Shown here in pieces: positions 1-13,319 of a DNA stretch of 64,000 nucleotides (positions are counted from its first letter, which is position 1; each line of letters opens with the position of its first letter). A program made the translations under genes and the position numbers. The notes under the pieces were generated by a model. It did not search any database, had not been told where the DNA came from, and was given only the letters and a program-made list of their open reading frames with translations. Origin of the DNA: Eledone cirrhosa (Eukaryota); assembly GCA_964016885.1 (NCBI GenBank), contig OZ024740.1, positions 247,442,001 to 247,506,000 on the forward strand, given 5' to 3'.

Positions 1-163
1 AAGAAAGAAAAAGAAAAAGAAGAAAAAAGAAAAAGATAGAGAAACAAAAGAAAAAAAATGAGAAAGGAAGAAATAAAGAAAGATTAAACAAGAATAAAGA
101 AAAAAGATAAAGAAAAAGGAAAATAGAGAGAAAAAATAAAAGTAGTGATAATAAATTAATTAT

Positions 164-300
164 TTCTACTATTGGCACAAGGCCAGCAATTACGCAGTAC
201 ATTACTGGTACTTTATTTTATCGACCCCGTAAGGATGAAAGGCAAAGTCAACCTCGGCGGGATTTGAACTCAGATCGTAAAGGGACGTAACTATGCTGGA
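164..300 (-). mobile_element. tRNA-derived SINE (octopus OK-like family), 5'-truncated
   Basis: Near-identical to the SINE copies at 10472, 42320 and 45666 (B-box GAGTTCAAATCC on minus, shared 3' tail); flanked by repeated AGTAGTGATAATAAATTAAT. Confidence 0.85.
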
Positions 301-529
301 ATAGTGATAATAAATGGAATAGTGATAATAACTATGCTGGAGTAGTGATAATAAATTAATAATAATAAATAAGTTATAGCGAAGATGATAAAAAATAAAT
401 TTAAAAATCTTATATGTGTACGAGGAAAATGAACATAATATGATTGTTGAAAATAGTTGGTGGTTAAAATATGATGGTATAAACATGAAAATATTAAATA
501 TATTCATATATTCATATATTCATATATTC

Positions 530-770
530 ATAAAATTTCATCGGATGATAGGTCTGGGTTTTTTGTGCAAAGGTTAGTGCCTTATTTAGGGTGACTGGGG
601 AAATAGAGGAGTAGTAGTCATTGATGTTAAATTGTATGAAATCGGAAGTTTCCCTATTGTCTAATTTGCTAAACTAATCTATTGCTTCATTAGTGTTACC
701 CCAAAGCTTAATTATTAGTTTGTCTTTAATTTGTGGTATTATTCTATCTAGTATCTTTTTCTTTTTTCTT
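530..770 (-). pseudogene. Penelope-like RT fragment
   Basis: Minus-strand translation gives ...ILDRIIPQIKDKLIIKLWGNT...FIQFNINDYYSSISPVTLNKALTFAQK, homologous to the PLE RTs at 33706 and 62333. Confidence 0.8.
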
Positions 771-2846
771 CTTTTTCTTTGTCTTTCTTTATCACTGATG
801 TTGTAATTTGAATTTGTAAACGCCATGTATAATTTTATTCAGTTATCTGATGATTTGGGTAAATACATAGTATTTGGGTAAATACATAGTATTTAAAATT
901 GAGTAACACAACTTCAAATGATTAGCAATTTTAAGACAACTTAATCAATGAAACAACTCTTAATACTGTAAATAAAACTCTTCTTGTACTGTTGACCATG
1001 TTATTCTTCACTCTTTCACTATTATTACTCCAAGATTAACTTACGTAGGTATTCCCGAGAACTCATATACTTGCTACCTAAAGAAACCTCTTGTTGAGTC
1101 AAACAACGCCGTACGCTAAAACTATCCACAATACGGAGTATTCACAACCTCTAACTGGATTACCTATAACGATAACTTGTTATCCCTTATATATATATAT
1201 ACACATAATTGAATATAAAAGAGAGATAAACACAGATATAAACATACATGTGTTCAAATCGTAAGGAACCAAGTTTGCCAGGGGTAAAAAATACTATTAA
1301 CAATATGGTTTGCCAGACTCAATTTAAAACAATAAATCAAGAAAAGGAATACAAACATATATCGGACAACTGCCGGAACACCCAGACAGCTTACAGTAGG
1401 CTGTTTCGTAATTTTAGCGGAGGAAATTACCAATTCTTTGCTCTTCAATGGGTGTAAAAATTAGTACTCCCTTCACTTCTAAATATCTTATTAGACTGAA
1501 TAGTGTGTGAATATAAAATAACGCACATGGCATCAGAACCTAGCGTGTCTCATAAACGTACGCTACTAAAAATAGCAGCCAAGTTTAAATTAGCAACAAA
1601 ATTTGAAGGGGCCGACTATATCAAAGGTATATATTAAGTTAGAAACTCAAAATAGTCTCTTACAATTAAATAGCTCAAAGAAAAAGATTTTTCTGAGCCG
1701 TGTAATATAATTGAATATAAAAGAGAGATAAACACAGATATAAACATATATATTACATAATACTAATTATTAACAATATAGTTTGCCAGACTCAATTTAA
1801 AACAATAAATTAAGATTTGAATACATGTATGTTTATATCTGTGTTTATCTCTCTGTTATATTTAACTAGCTGAGCTACCCGGTGATACCCGGGTATTTTA
1901 TGAAAGTTACAATATATTTGGCACACATTACAAAATATTTGACCATTCAAATATGATTGCTGAATTTTATCCAAAGTAGGAATTATCGCAGAATATTTAT
2001 TGCCGTTTGGTCAAAGTAAATCATCTAGATAAAAATATTAGTTTTTTCCACTGGTGATTTTTTTTAAAAATTGATCCCTATTACAGTCAGCATATATAAT
2101 GCTTTACTCATAGATGAATCATTAGGTATGTTGTCAGTGAAAAGGGCATGACCCAAAAAATGCATGGTAGATATTTTTTAATTATCCTTTTCTTTCTTTT
2201 TTTTCTTTTTGCTCAATCTAAACCTCTGAAATTCAAACAACATGTAAAGACTATTATAAAAACCATAAATAAAATAAGAAAATAAATTTAGCATTGGTTT
2301 ATGATTGAATGAAGCATTTACTTAGGTACTCATTTCTGTAATTCGGGGAAAGTGTATTTAAATTTGTACGCTGTAGCTTTCACTAATCTTTGCCTCTATG
2401 GCAGTAGGATCTTGTTTGAGGGAGATTTGTTTTCTATTTCTATTAGCTATACCAACAGTTATAGAGGCTCACATGACATACATTGATACATACACACACA
2501 TGTATGTGTGTAAGACAGTTGTTTGTGATTTGAAATGGATTTTGCTAATATTTCTAGTAGATCGAGTTATCACATAGAACCATTCCTTTTTGCTTCATAC
2601 ACATATATGCATACCTGAGAAAGTAAGGTGGGATTAGAAGGAAATTTGGCTGCTATTTCTACCCAACAAAGTCCTCACTTATACTACTTTATAAAGCAGA
2701 GGTACCCGGGAATGCCTGCATATTCTTCCAAAGTAACACCATGTAGTAAATTTGCGGCTTCAGAATTCCTTGCAAACTACATGACTAAGGAATTAGGATC
2801 TGTGTGTATTGTCATTGAATGAGGGATTACGACATTGCTCATTCCA

Positions 2847-5358
2847 GAACCTCTGGATAAACAACATTCTTGGTTTTGCCCTGTGGTGCCACAATGAAGA
2901 GACAATCAGGGTTCCCAATCCTTGTTGTGCCAACATAGAGTTGACCGTGTGAAGAGGCAGGATCTGCCACATTCAACCCAACGACTTTCAATGATTGCCC
3001 TTGAGATTTATTAATGGTTACGGCAAAACTGAGCCTGATCAGAAATTGAAGTCTTTGAAATTTTCCAGATGGACTGCGAGGTTGACCACTATTGGGTGGC
3101 GTTGGTGGATATCAAATCCAAAGATTCGCCACATATCTTCATTGCTGGAGATGTATCGACCTGTTTGATATAGCTTGACCTCATCCAGCCCACCATTATT
3201 GAGTTCGTTGTCAGTAATAAAGATAGCCATGTCACTGCCCTTGTTGATATATTTTGTGACATATAGGATTGCCTTGACGGAGATGCAATACTCAACATTG
3301 ATATGAGCTTTTAAAAGTTTACACAACAATTTGTTGTGTGGGACGACCCACTGATTGTTTATGGTCAGCTCCTCTCCTCGAACTGTTAGGCTTGCAGTAT
3401 TGCCTCCATGTTCTGGTCTACGCCTACGATAAAGGGGGTATCCATTATTGTCAGTCCGAGTTTCCCGAAGAAAAGCTCTAGGATAATGTTTGCTGCATTT
3501 TTGAATTTGTATGCAGGGAGAGGCTGGATTGATGACTCCACATGGACCCTGAATTAGTTTGGACTTGATGGTTTCAAAGAGCTCTGGATCACCACCTTTA
3601 TCAGGCAACTCTGCTGAAATGATCTTATCAACATCATCTGGTCTTATCTTCTCCTTGCACCAGATTAGTGTGTGAGAGTGAGGAAGACCTCTCTTCTGCC
3701 ACTCAATAGTGGTCATCCAAGCACTAAGCTCACCAAAGATTCTTCCTTCTTTTAGGAGCCAGATGAGTTTTCTTTTGCTTTTCATGGAAAACCCAAGCAA
3801 TGAGGTCATGTCGATCCTTTGGTTTTTGATTTTGAAATAATTCATTTTATATTTCTGACCAGTTTGAATTGCATGTAAATGTAATGAAGAGATCTGGCCG
3901 ACCAAATTTTCTGACATAGGCCATTGCATCTTGCGTACATTCATGCATGTAACGTGGTCCTTCTGTGAAGCTTGATGGTAGTATGACTGGCTCGCCAATA
4001 TTTCTTGGGTCAACATCAGAATTGATGGCATCTCTAAGGTGGATATAGTTATCTGCCCTCAACTTAGTTTGATTCCTTTGCAGAAAACCCAATCTTTCTG
4101 TTTCAATTTTGGCATACATGTCCACCATGAACTGGCTGGTTACTTCTTTGAATTGCAGAACTTGGTTGAAGTGATCATGTACCAGGAAATGATAAACATA
4201 GAATTGAATTCTTTGCAGCTGATTGATCGGCCAGTTTCTTGTCCCGTTCCTAGGCTGATCTGCCGCAGCTGAAAATGATATCCATCTTGACCATTCCAAA
4301 AGATGAGCGGATATTGGAGTAAATCATAGGCTCTATGAGTTTCACAAATTCGCTCCAAATGTCCACTTCGTTTTCGCAAAACAATGTCACGTCGTTCATG
4401 CTGTTCATCAACCATTATGATTGCAACTTCATCAGTGACAGGTGCATTGAATCTGCATTCATGTTCTGAAGCTGGGCGTTTGTCTGCCCTAATGATGATT
4501 TTACGGTCTCTGGCGTTGTTCATATGCTCCAGTGTATATTTAAATAAACTGACGTACATGTGATGTTGGTGAAGCATTTCTTGTAACTTTATGACTATGT
4601 GGAACTGCAATCCACCATGGACATTGGTACATCTTTGTTGTTTCTGTGTTTCATTTCCACCCATGAAGTAAACCTGCACAAATTTGTGAGGCTCCTGTTC
4701 AAAGTGGCAGAAGGCCACCCATTAAGTGGTAACACTGTCCCTGAATTTTATAAGTTGTACAGAATATAAAGTCAGTCACATTCCTGCCAGCCCCAAAAGA
4801 TGTCATTTGAAAGGCTGAATTATATTTTTTGATGTATTTATTGAAGTGTAGTGCTTCTGGTGTATGCTGAAGGAGCAGATTCTTCAGAAATTCAGGAGGT
4901 TCTTATGTTTTTTTAAGGCTCACTTTGCCTTTTGAGTAGCATAGACTTGGTGTTTCTGCTGCCGACTTCTTGGCACCACAATACTGGCAACATTTATTCA
5001 TTTTCCCAATGTTGATTTGTGGATTACTGCTGTAGTTCTTTTGGGGGTCATAAGAAAAAGCACCCATCAGCCAGTTCATTTTACTTGTGGCTTGTTCTCC
5101 TTCTCGGGTAGTAGAACGATGTGCTTGATTATCATTTCGTCTGATTTGCTGCTGTTCCTTAATTTGTGGTTCTCGTGTAGCAGCAGTCCTTTGTTCCCTT
5201 TCATCCAAACAGTGTGCTCGTGCTAAAGCTGTTTGGGCTCTGTTAGCAGCTAGACGGGCATGCCGAACTTCTTCACTTTCTTCAGATCGCTGTGTTTTCT
5301 TTCTCTTAGCCTCTGAAGATGACCTTCCATATAATGATCTGGAAAGTTTTCTAGGCAT
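2847..5358 (-). pseudogene. Helitron RepHel pseudogene: N-terminus and Rep (HUH/Y2) domain joined by deletion to helicase C-terminal tail
   Basis: Motifs PRYMHE..QDAM, RPDLFITFTCN, EWQKRGLPHSH (HUH), YVTKYINKGSD (Y2); jumps from VHLEN to the FQRLQF tail near 3060; many frameshifts. Confidence 0.9.
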
Positions 5359-5386
5359 TTGAAGTGATATTATTACACACCACACG

Positions 5387-5450
5387 ATAAAATAAAGTAC
5401 CAGTAATGCACTGGAATAATTGCTGGCCTTGTGCCAAAAGTAGAAACAAT
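5387..5450 (+). mobile_element. 5'-truncated SINE inserted in Helitron A
   Basis: SINE 3' tail GATAAAATAAAGTACCAG...GTAGAAACA flanked by TSD ATTATTACACACCACAC. Confidence 0.8.
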
Positions 5451-5981
5451 TATTACACACCACACTCTTTCCGAAATAGAAACAACTATAGAATGTATTG
5501 TTTACTCAGTAAAGTTGTTTTAAATGATCTCTTTATACGTAATTTATATGTAATTAATTTTAGACATATGTAGAAAATATTAGGATTCCAGATTGTATTC
5601 TGAAATTATCATTTTTTATCTCCCCCCCCCCCCCCCCCCCAAAAAAAAAAAACCGACGAACACTACAAAAAAAATATTTTCTGTGTTAATTCAAATAATA
5701 GCGGAAAATAATACATTCAAATAATATCTTTTAAAAATACCGTTTTTTTTTTGTCTGTTAAATACATATATAAAAGCATAACTTCTATAAAAGCATCTGT
5801 GATTTCTTTAGACATATATAGAAAATAAGCTTTGATGGTAACATATATCGTCTGAAAAAGAACGCCCCCCGCCCCATAACACACACATAAACTATAATAA
5901 AGGAAGGTCTGCGGGATTGCATACGGTTTATTTTTTTTTTATCCCGTTTGTAATATAAGTTGGATTACTTTGAATAAATAA

Positions 5982-6166
5982 TTGTTTCTACTATTGGCAC
6001 AAGGCCAGCAATTATCCCAGTGTATTACTGGTACTTTATTTATCGACCCCTTAAGGATGAAAGGCAAAGTTAACCTCGGCAGGATTTGAACTCAAACCCT
6101 AAAGAGCCGTAACTCTGCAAAGCATGGCGTCCGACTCTCTACCGTTACTGCCAATCCAACACCCTC
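5982..6166 (-). mobile_element. tRNA-derived SINE inserted in Helitron A
   Basis: Full-length family copy; TSD CTTTGAATAAATAAT on both sides. Confidence 0.88.
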
Positions 6167-6599
6167 TTTGAATAAATAATGAATGAATATTACATAATTT
6201 ATCTACTAAATTTCGTGGCTGTTTATTAAATATATTTTGTTTATTTAAAGATTCACTTCATTAAAATTTCTGAAATGTCAACATTCCGGTGGCGATCGCT
6301 TAAATAAACATACTAATTTTCCGTCACTAATTTTCTTCTAATTCTGTTTATATATAATATCGTCTTTTTTAATGTATCATGGATTACGTTATTGATTACA
6401 TAAGTCTTCGTTTAATTTCTATGTATTATATATTGTCAATTATGATTTTATTTGATGTATCATATCTACATGTATATATATACCTGCGTATAATATCAAT
6501 ATACACACGACATATGCTAGCAGAAAACCACCCGGATGTGGTTTTTCTGCTAGTATATATAAACGCGGACACACGTTAGGTAAAGAATACCTCCAATCA

Positions 6600-7140
6600 C
6601 CCTCCCTCTCTCCTGCCTCTTGACTTTTTTTCTCTCTCTCATCTTTTCTCTTTTCTTATTATCTTTCTCTCCCCATCCGCCTCACTCCCTTTCTCTTTCT
6701 CATCTACAGAATAGCGAACAAAAAATAAATAAAAGACAAATAGCATTGGGAGAGTGAAGAGGTGTGTAAAAATAATAAATAAATAAAAGTTAATGAACGC
6801 TGGCTGCATTCCCTCTCTCTCTCCCACCCCATTACTCTCGCTCTCGCTTTTTCTCTCTCACATTCCCTCTCTCTCTACAGAATAGAGAACAAAAAATAAA
6901 GAAAAGATAAATAACGTTACGGAAGCAGGAGAGTTAAAAAGTGTATAAAAATAATAAATAAATAAAAGTTAACAACGCTGGCTGCTTTCCCTCTCTCTCT
7001 TTCATCGTCTTTCCCTCTCATCCCCTTACTCTCTTTTCTATCTCACATCTCTCTCTTTCACTCTCAACCCTTACTCTCTCTATTTCTCTCACCCATTCCT
7101 CACTCTCTTATCTACAGACTGAAGAACATAAAAAAACAAA
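6600..7140. repeat. Degenerate tandem repeat (~170-230 bp units) in Helitron 5' region
   Basis: CTACAGAATAG(C/A)GAACAAAAAATAAA...ACGCTGGCTGC recurs near 6705, 6875 and, more degenerate, 7110. Confidence 0.65.
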
Positions 7141-7343
7141 ATGGATCATCTCTTTTGATATTCATTGGAAAATAAGAAAAATTTAATTTAAATGAATTCC
7201 TTGCTTTGCAAAGTAAAACTTTTTGGACCGTTACCTGTGGGAGTGTATAGTGAATATGTACATGTAATTTTGAGGAGTTTGATCCGGTAGTTTGCTAGTT
7301 TTAGGCGGACACACAGAATCGTAAACTTACATTTATATATATA

Positions 7344-10157
7344 CTAGCTGAGCTACCCGGTGATACCCGGGTATTTTATGAAAGTTACAATATATTTGGC
7401 ACACATTACAAAATATTTGACCATTCAAATATGATTGCTGAATTTTAACCAAAGTAGGAATTATAGCAGAATATGTATTGCTGTTTGGTCAAAGTAAATC
7501 ATCTAGATAAAAATATTAGTTTTTTTCTAGTGGCGATTTTTTGAATACTGTTCCCTATTACAGTCAGCATATATAATGCTTTACTCATAGATGAATCATT
7601 AGGTATGTTGTCAGTGAGAAGGGCATGACCCAAAAAATATATTTAGATTTTTTTATTCCTTTTCTTTCTTTTTTTCTGCTCAATCTGAACCTCTGAAATT
7701 CAAACAACATGTAAAGACTATTTTAAAAATCATAAATAAAATAAGAAAATAAATTTAGCATTGGTTTATGATTGAATGAAGCATTTACTTAGGTACTCAT
7801 TTCTGTAATTCGGCGAAAGTGAATTTAAATTGTACACTCCATGGCAGTAGGATCTTGTTTGAGGGAGATTTGTTTTCTATTTCTATTAGCTATGCCAACA
7901 GTTATAGTGGCTCACATGACATACATAGATACATACACACGCATGTATGTGTGTAAGAAAGTTGTTTGTGATTTGAAATGGATTTTGCTAATATTTCTTG
8001 TAGATCGAGTTATCACATAGAACCATTCCTTTTTGCTTCATACATATATACATACCTGAGAAAGTAAGGTGGGATTTGAAGGAAATTTGGCTGCTATTTC
8101 TACCCAACAAAGTCGTCACTTATACTACTTTATATAGCAGAGGTACCCGGGAATGCCTGCATATTCTTCCAAAGTAACACCATGTAGTAAATTTGCGGCT
8201 TCAGAATTCCTTGCAAACTACATGACTAAGGAATTAGGATGTGTGTGTATTGTCATTGAATGAGGAATTACGACATTGCTCATTCCAAAACCTCTGGATA
8301 AACAACATTCTTGGTTTTGCCCTGTGGTGCCACAATGAAGAGACAATCAGGGTTCCCAACCCTTGTTGTGCCAACATAGAGTTGACCATGTGAAAAGATC
8401 TGCCAGATTCAACCCAGCGACTTTCAATGATTGCCCTTGAGATTTATTAATGGTCATGGCAAAACTGAGCCTGATCGGAAATTGAAGTCTTTGAAATTCA
8501 AATGGCAAATCAGTTGGCTTCAGAGGTATTCTGGGAATGAAACAATTGTCATCAGAAAATTTTCCTGATATGATTGCAACTTCTAGAACATTGGACATCA
8601 TATTTTTGATGATGAGTCTTGTGCTATTACAAAGTTTTGGAGGATCCAGATTGCGAAGTAGCATAACCAATGCTCCAAGCTTCAGAATCAGGTTGTGTGG
8701 AGGAATTCCCGCTTGTTCAAGACTGTTCAAAAATTCAGTTGGATAGTTTACAACCTGGTCTTGAGAAGTGATTGTGTCAACTGATTTGTGGCATATCTTC
8801 TCTCCTGTTGATTTCTTTCATAGCAACATTTTTAGGTGCTAAGATTGCTCGTTCACGGAGCCATTTCGGATCACATTGCCATGTATGAATGTTTGGAAAC
8901 ACTCTGACAATCATTTCTTGTTCTGTGTCAATGATATGGCCAAATGACAACTGAATATGGTCATTGGAGTCCGTTTCAAGAAGTCCATTTCCCAATTTAA
9001 TTAGTTGGATGGCAAACTCACTGATACCTTCGTCACCAGTTAAGTGCACTCGCATGTTGATTATAAGCCTCTGCAGCTGAAAGTGGGGCCAGAGATAGAA
9101 TGTTTTCAGACAGGCATTGACCTGATCAGCTCGAGTTCCTCGAATAATTACAGGCAGAGTTTGTCTGAAATCACCAGAAAGAACCATTATCACTCCTCCC
9201 ATTATGCAACTATTTTCTTCAATTGCTCCTTCATGGCTCATAGTAGCTTCATCCCAAATTATCATTTTGCATGTTTGCAGAAGCTTACCCTTGCGTGTGT
9301 TCTTCTTGATGTTACAAAAAATTATTCATGCTGTGTGATATCTATGGGCAGCTTAAACATGGCATGTGCAGTTTTTAAAATCCAGAAGTGTTGCTGCAAT
9401 GCCACTTGAAGCCACATCAGGGGCAATATGCTGCTTCTGGCGAACTTTTGCAAGCAGGGGGTTTATGAGGAATGTCTTGCCTGTGCCAGCAGGAGCATCC
9501 ATGAAGAAAAGTCCTCCCCTGTCATTTAGAATGTTTTCGATGATGTTGTGGTAGACATATTTCTGGTCATCCATCAATCGAGGTTCATTTTCATCCACAA
9601 ACTTACGCAATGCTTGAATATCGTAGTTTGTCTCCTGAAAAATGTTTTGTGCTACCTCCAATTCTTCATCTGGCTCTGGCATCCCGCAGTTAGCTAATGT
9701 GCTATTCATTGCCTGAACTCGATGAGACAGGTCACAGAGAGCTTGATTGTAAATCCTGGGGTATATTCCATATACATATTGCCATGATGTCTTCGGGTTA
9801 GGTGTAGATAGTCGTCCGACATATTGTTTTTGTACTCCTGCCAGAATAGATGAGCTTCATCAATTCCACATGCTGTGAGCATAATAGCAAATAATTGTCC
9901 TATTTGACTGGCTACTTGAGTGATTGCTGCTTCTTCTAGGCACTTCTTCCAGTGTCCATTGTCATGCAAGAGTCCATGCTGTTTACATGCTTCTTGGTAT
10001 GTTGCGCACTCCCTTCCTCTGAAGCATCTAAGATCCTCAAATGACGTTGGTCCTCGAACAGTATGCAGAAGTAGCCGTAAATAAAAAGGCGGACACACAG
10101 AATCGTAAACTTGGTTTTATATATAGATAGATATAAATAGATAGATAGATGGATAGA
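7344..10157 (-). mobile_element. Helitron copy B (helicase retained, Rep deleted), head-to-tail with copy A
   Basis: Same 3' end CTAG plus hairpin at 7344; 7344-8497 closely matches 1866-3060; 5' end TCTATATATAAAACC at 10127 preceded by a (TCTA)n run to 10157. Confidence 0.9.
8250..10087 (-). pseudogene. Helitron PIF1-like helicase pseudogene
   Basis: FYLRLLLHTVRGP, Walker A DAPAGTGKT, IIWDEATM, GDFRQTLPV, FAMTINKSQGQS; fragmented by frameshifts. Confidence 0.9.
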
Positions 10158-10346
10158 TTATATTACACGGCTCAGAAAAACCTCTTTCTTTGAGTTATTT
10201 GTAACAGAGTATTTTGAGTTTCTAACTCAATATATAATTATATATATATATATATGTATAAATATTTCGTATCTTTTATATATATACATATATATGTGTG
10301 TGTGTGTGTATGTGTGTGTGTGCGCGCGCACGTGTGTGTGTATGTA

Positions 10347-10381
<35 letters not shown>

Positions 10382-10471
10382 GCATAAATCTACACTAACA
10401 TTTCACCCTCTAACGACCGCCACACGACCAATATAAATACGCTATTTTTCAAAATATATCTAGATATATAA

Positions 10472-10658
10472 TTGTTTCTACTTTAGGCACAAGGCCAGCA
10501 ATTACCCAGTGCATTACTGGTACTTTATTTTATCGACCCCGTAAGGATGAAAGGCAAAGTCAACATCGGCGGGATTTGAACTCAGATCATAAAGGGACGT
10601 AACTATGCTGGAAAGCATGGCGTCCAACCCTCTACCAATACTGCCAATCCACCACCAC
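10472..10658 (-). mobile_element. tRNA-derived SINE
   Basis: Full-length family copy; TSD ATATATCTAGATATATAAT. Confidence 0.88.
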
Positions 10659-10978
10659 ATATATCTAGATATATAATAACGGTCCTTTTCTGTTTTAATA
10701 TATGCTTGTTAACATATCCCTTGTGATTTTGAATTTTTTCCTCACTGCCGTTAGCGAGCTTATACTATTAAGTCTACGCTGAGGTATGTCAATATCTTAA
10801 CACCAAATATATTTTATCTGATCAAAGCACACTAAAATTCTGTGTCCTTGGAATACGTATAATAAAATAAATATGGTATTATAAAGATATTTCCATTTAT
10901 TAATGGAAATCTGTTATAAAATTAACTTTGTTGAATGATACTCAACAAACCATATAACTCATTGTTTATATATATATA

Positions 10979-11380
10979 CTAGCAGCAGTACCCAGCATTG
11001 CCTGGGTAGGTAAAATAAGATCTGCTTTGAAGAAAAGGTGTTGATCTTAGCGATGCTTCTCGATGACTCCTCTATAGCCACAGACAGGCCATGCGGGGGA
11101 GGGTGGTGATGACTTCTATCACTGAGAAACGCGGGTGACTGACGAAGGGGCATGCTGTGGGAGGGAGGTAATGACCTAAGCCAAATTTTCTCACGCTACT
11201 TGATTGGAAACCGATGAATTCTCAAATACACAACTAAAAGCTCAGACGATGCCAGTGGCCATCGTTTTGCCTTTGACCTTCTATAAGATGTGCAGTGATA
11301 GGTTCTATCGTAGAATAAAATTTGAACCAAATAAATTGATTTATGTGTGAGGTGGAGCCGAAGTTTCGAATTTGAACGAA
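10979..11380 (-). mobile_element. Non-autonomous Helitron fragment (3' end)
   Basis: CTAG at 10979-10982 next to hairpin TACCCAG-CATTGC-CTGGGTA; 5' limit uncertain. Confidence 0.55.
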
Positions 11381-12272
11381 ATATATATATACATACATGC
11401 ACACATATATATATATGCACGTATGGATTCACCGAACATTTATTATAATGCCCGGTGTGTTTGTAAACAAACATCCCGAATTAAGCCGTACAGTGTCTAG
11501 CAACCATCGTTGCTCATTTGTTCAACACTGACAAAGGAACGCAGTACTAGTTTCAAGCTTATTAGTTATCGTCAGCAACGTATACCTTCCTGCCAGATGA
11601 TTGAATGTCTGAAAGTATATACTTTCCTTATGCATATTAACGGCTGAGCAGCCTAATTTGCATATCGAGTGAGTTAATCGGCCGGGCGCACCGAAAACGA
11701 TAAACGGAAAAAATGAAACGATATATATACATACTACGGTAGGTCTGTATACATATATGTATGTACGTATACATACTTATATTTAAGTAACAGCCGTACT
11801 AAGAATGAGAAATGAAATTTCGTTTCATTTTTTCCGTTTATCGTTTTCGGTGCGCCCGGCCGATTAACTCACTCGATATGCAAATTAGGCTGCTCAGCCG
11901 TTAATATGCATAAGGAAAGTATAAACTTTCAGACTTTCAATCATCTGGCAGGAAGGTATACGTTGCTGACGATAGCTAATAAGCTTGAAACTATTTAAGC
12001 GTTCCTTTGTCAGTGTTGAACAAATGAGCAACGATGGTTGCTAGACACTGTACGGCTTAATTCGGGATGTTTGTTTACAAACACACCGGGCATTATAATA
12101 AATGTTCTGTGAATGCATACGTACATATATATATGTGTGCATGTATGTATATATATATATACATACTACTGTACGTCTGTATACATATATGTATGTACGT
12201 ATACATACTTATATTTAAGTAACAGCCGTACTAAGAGTGAGAAATGAAATTTCGTTTCATTTTTTCCGTTTA
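11380..12272. repeat. PLE-type terminal repeat in inverted/permuted arrangement, with two HHR motifs
   Basis: 11380-11710 is the reverse complement of 11830-12160; same family at 32615-33470 and 40880-41420. Confidence 0.75.
11538..11582 (-). ncRNA. Minimal type I hammerhead ribozyme motif
   Basis: Minus strand ACGTTG-CTGACGA-TAACTAATAAGCTT-GAAA-CTAG-TA-CTGCGT; sister copies at 11960-12003 (+), 33214-33257 (+), 41150-41195 (-). Confidence 0.7.
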
Positions 12273-12502
12273 TATATATATATAATTATCCTTATCAAGC
12301 CCTCTTTGGATTTTAGTCTTCAAATTTATTATTATTACTATATATATATATATATATATATTTAAGAGTTAAACAAGATTCAATGAGTACATCAAAGAAT
12401 AAGTTTTACAATAGATTGGAAGCAATCTACAGTATTTAATTTCCAGAGTTATTAATATTAAAATATAAATATTAATAAAATAGATGTTCTTTTGATCAAT
12501 TA

Positions 12503-12556
12503 CATTTTATTATATATATTTCAGAGGTACAACAGTACGTCCTCATCAGACAAAAT
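12503..12556 (-). ncRNA. Minimal type I hammerhead ribozyme motif
   Basis: Minus strand ATTTTGT-CTGATGA-GGACGTACTGTTGTACCTCT-GAAA-TATATA-TA-ATAAAAT; stem I pairs, stem III palindromic. Confidence 0.75.
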
Positions 12557-13241
12557 ATAAGATGTTAAATGGTTAAGATTTAATCAAGGTAGTGATTAAC
12601 CTATGAGAAAACTCAACATTTATACCCTAATAATGAGAAAATGCGAAAACGTAATAAATTCAATAGAGAAGGTATGAGTAAGAAAAACGTTGTTTTAATG
12701 TAACAGTCATAGAGATTTTAAAATGTGGGATACTACAAATTATGATTATCGAGGAAGACATCTCTAGAATTATATTTTATTACAGTTTATGAAGGCAACT
12801 GATAGATGATTAAAGAGAGGGAGAGATAAAGGGCAGTAATTTATGCAGAACATTTTTTTCCCCTTAAGGACTAAGTGGTTAAGTTTCAAAATATTTAATT
12901 TATGTCATTTTAGGGTGAAGAATCAAAATTTTAAGTTTTTAAGAGTTGATGGTTATTTATATTTATTAATTTTATAAATTTTATAAATTTTTTAAAATGT
13001 GTTACATTTCTAAAATTCTGAATTTTATGAAAACAAAATTAAAGGAATTACTAGGCCCGCGAAAGAAAAATATACACTGTTGAATATTTCCCTAAATGTA
13101 ATCTTTAATAAAGATTACCTATAAGAGTGTCAACATTTTCGGTATGTAAAATTTATGAAGTACTTATTGTTGGAAATATCGAAAAATGTATTGTCAAGTA
13201 GATAGATTGTCTAAAGTATAATGATTAACGCAGATTTTTCA

Positions 13242-13319
<78 letters not shown>

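Larger units (their letters stand above)
1866..7343 (-). mobile_element. Helitron copy A (Rep retained, most of helicase deleted)
   Basis: 3' end CTAG at 1866-1869 with GC hairpin CCCGGGTATCACCGGG; 5' terminal TATATAAAT...CTGTGTGTCCGCC near 7305-7343; frameshifted RepHel ORFs inside. Confidence 0.9.

Noticed and set aside
847-965. CTGATGA...GAAA possible hammerhead
   Set aside because: Stems pair poorly and are disrupted by a tandem duplication; too degenerate to call.
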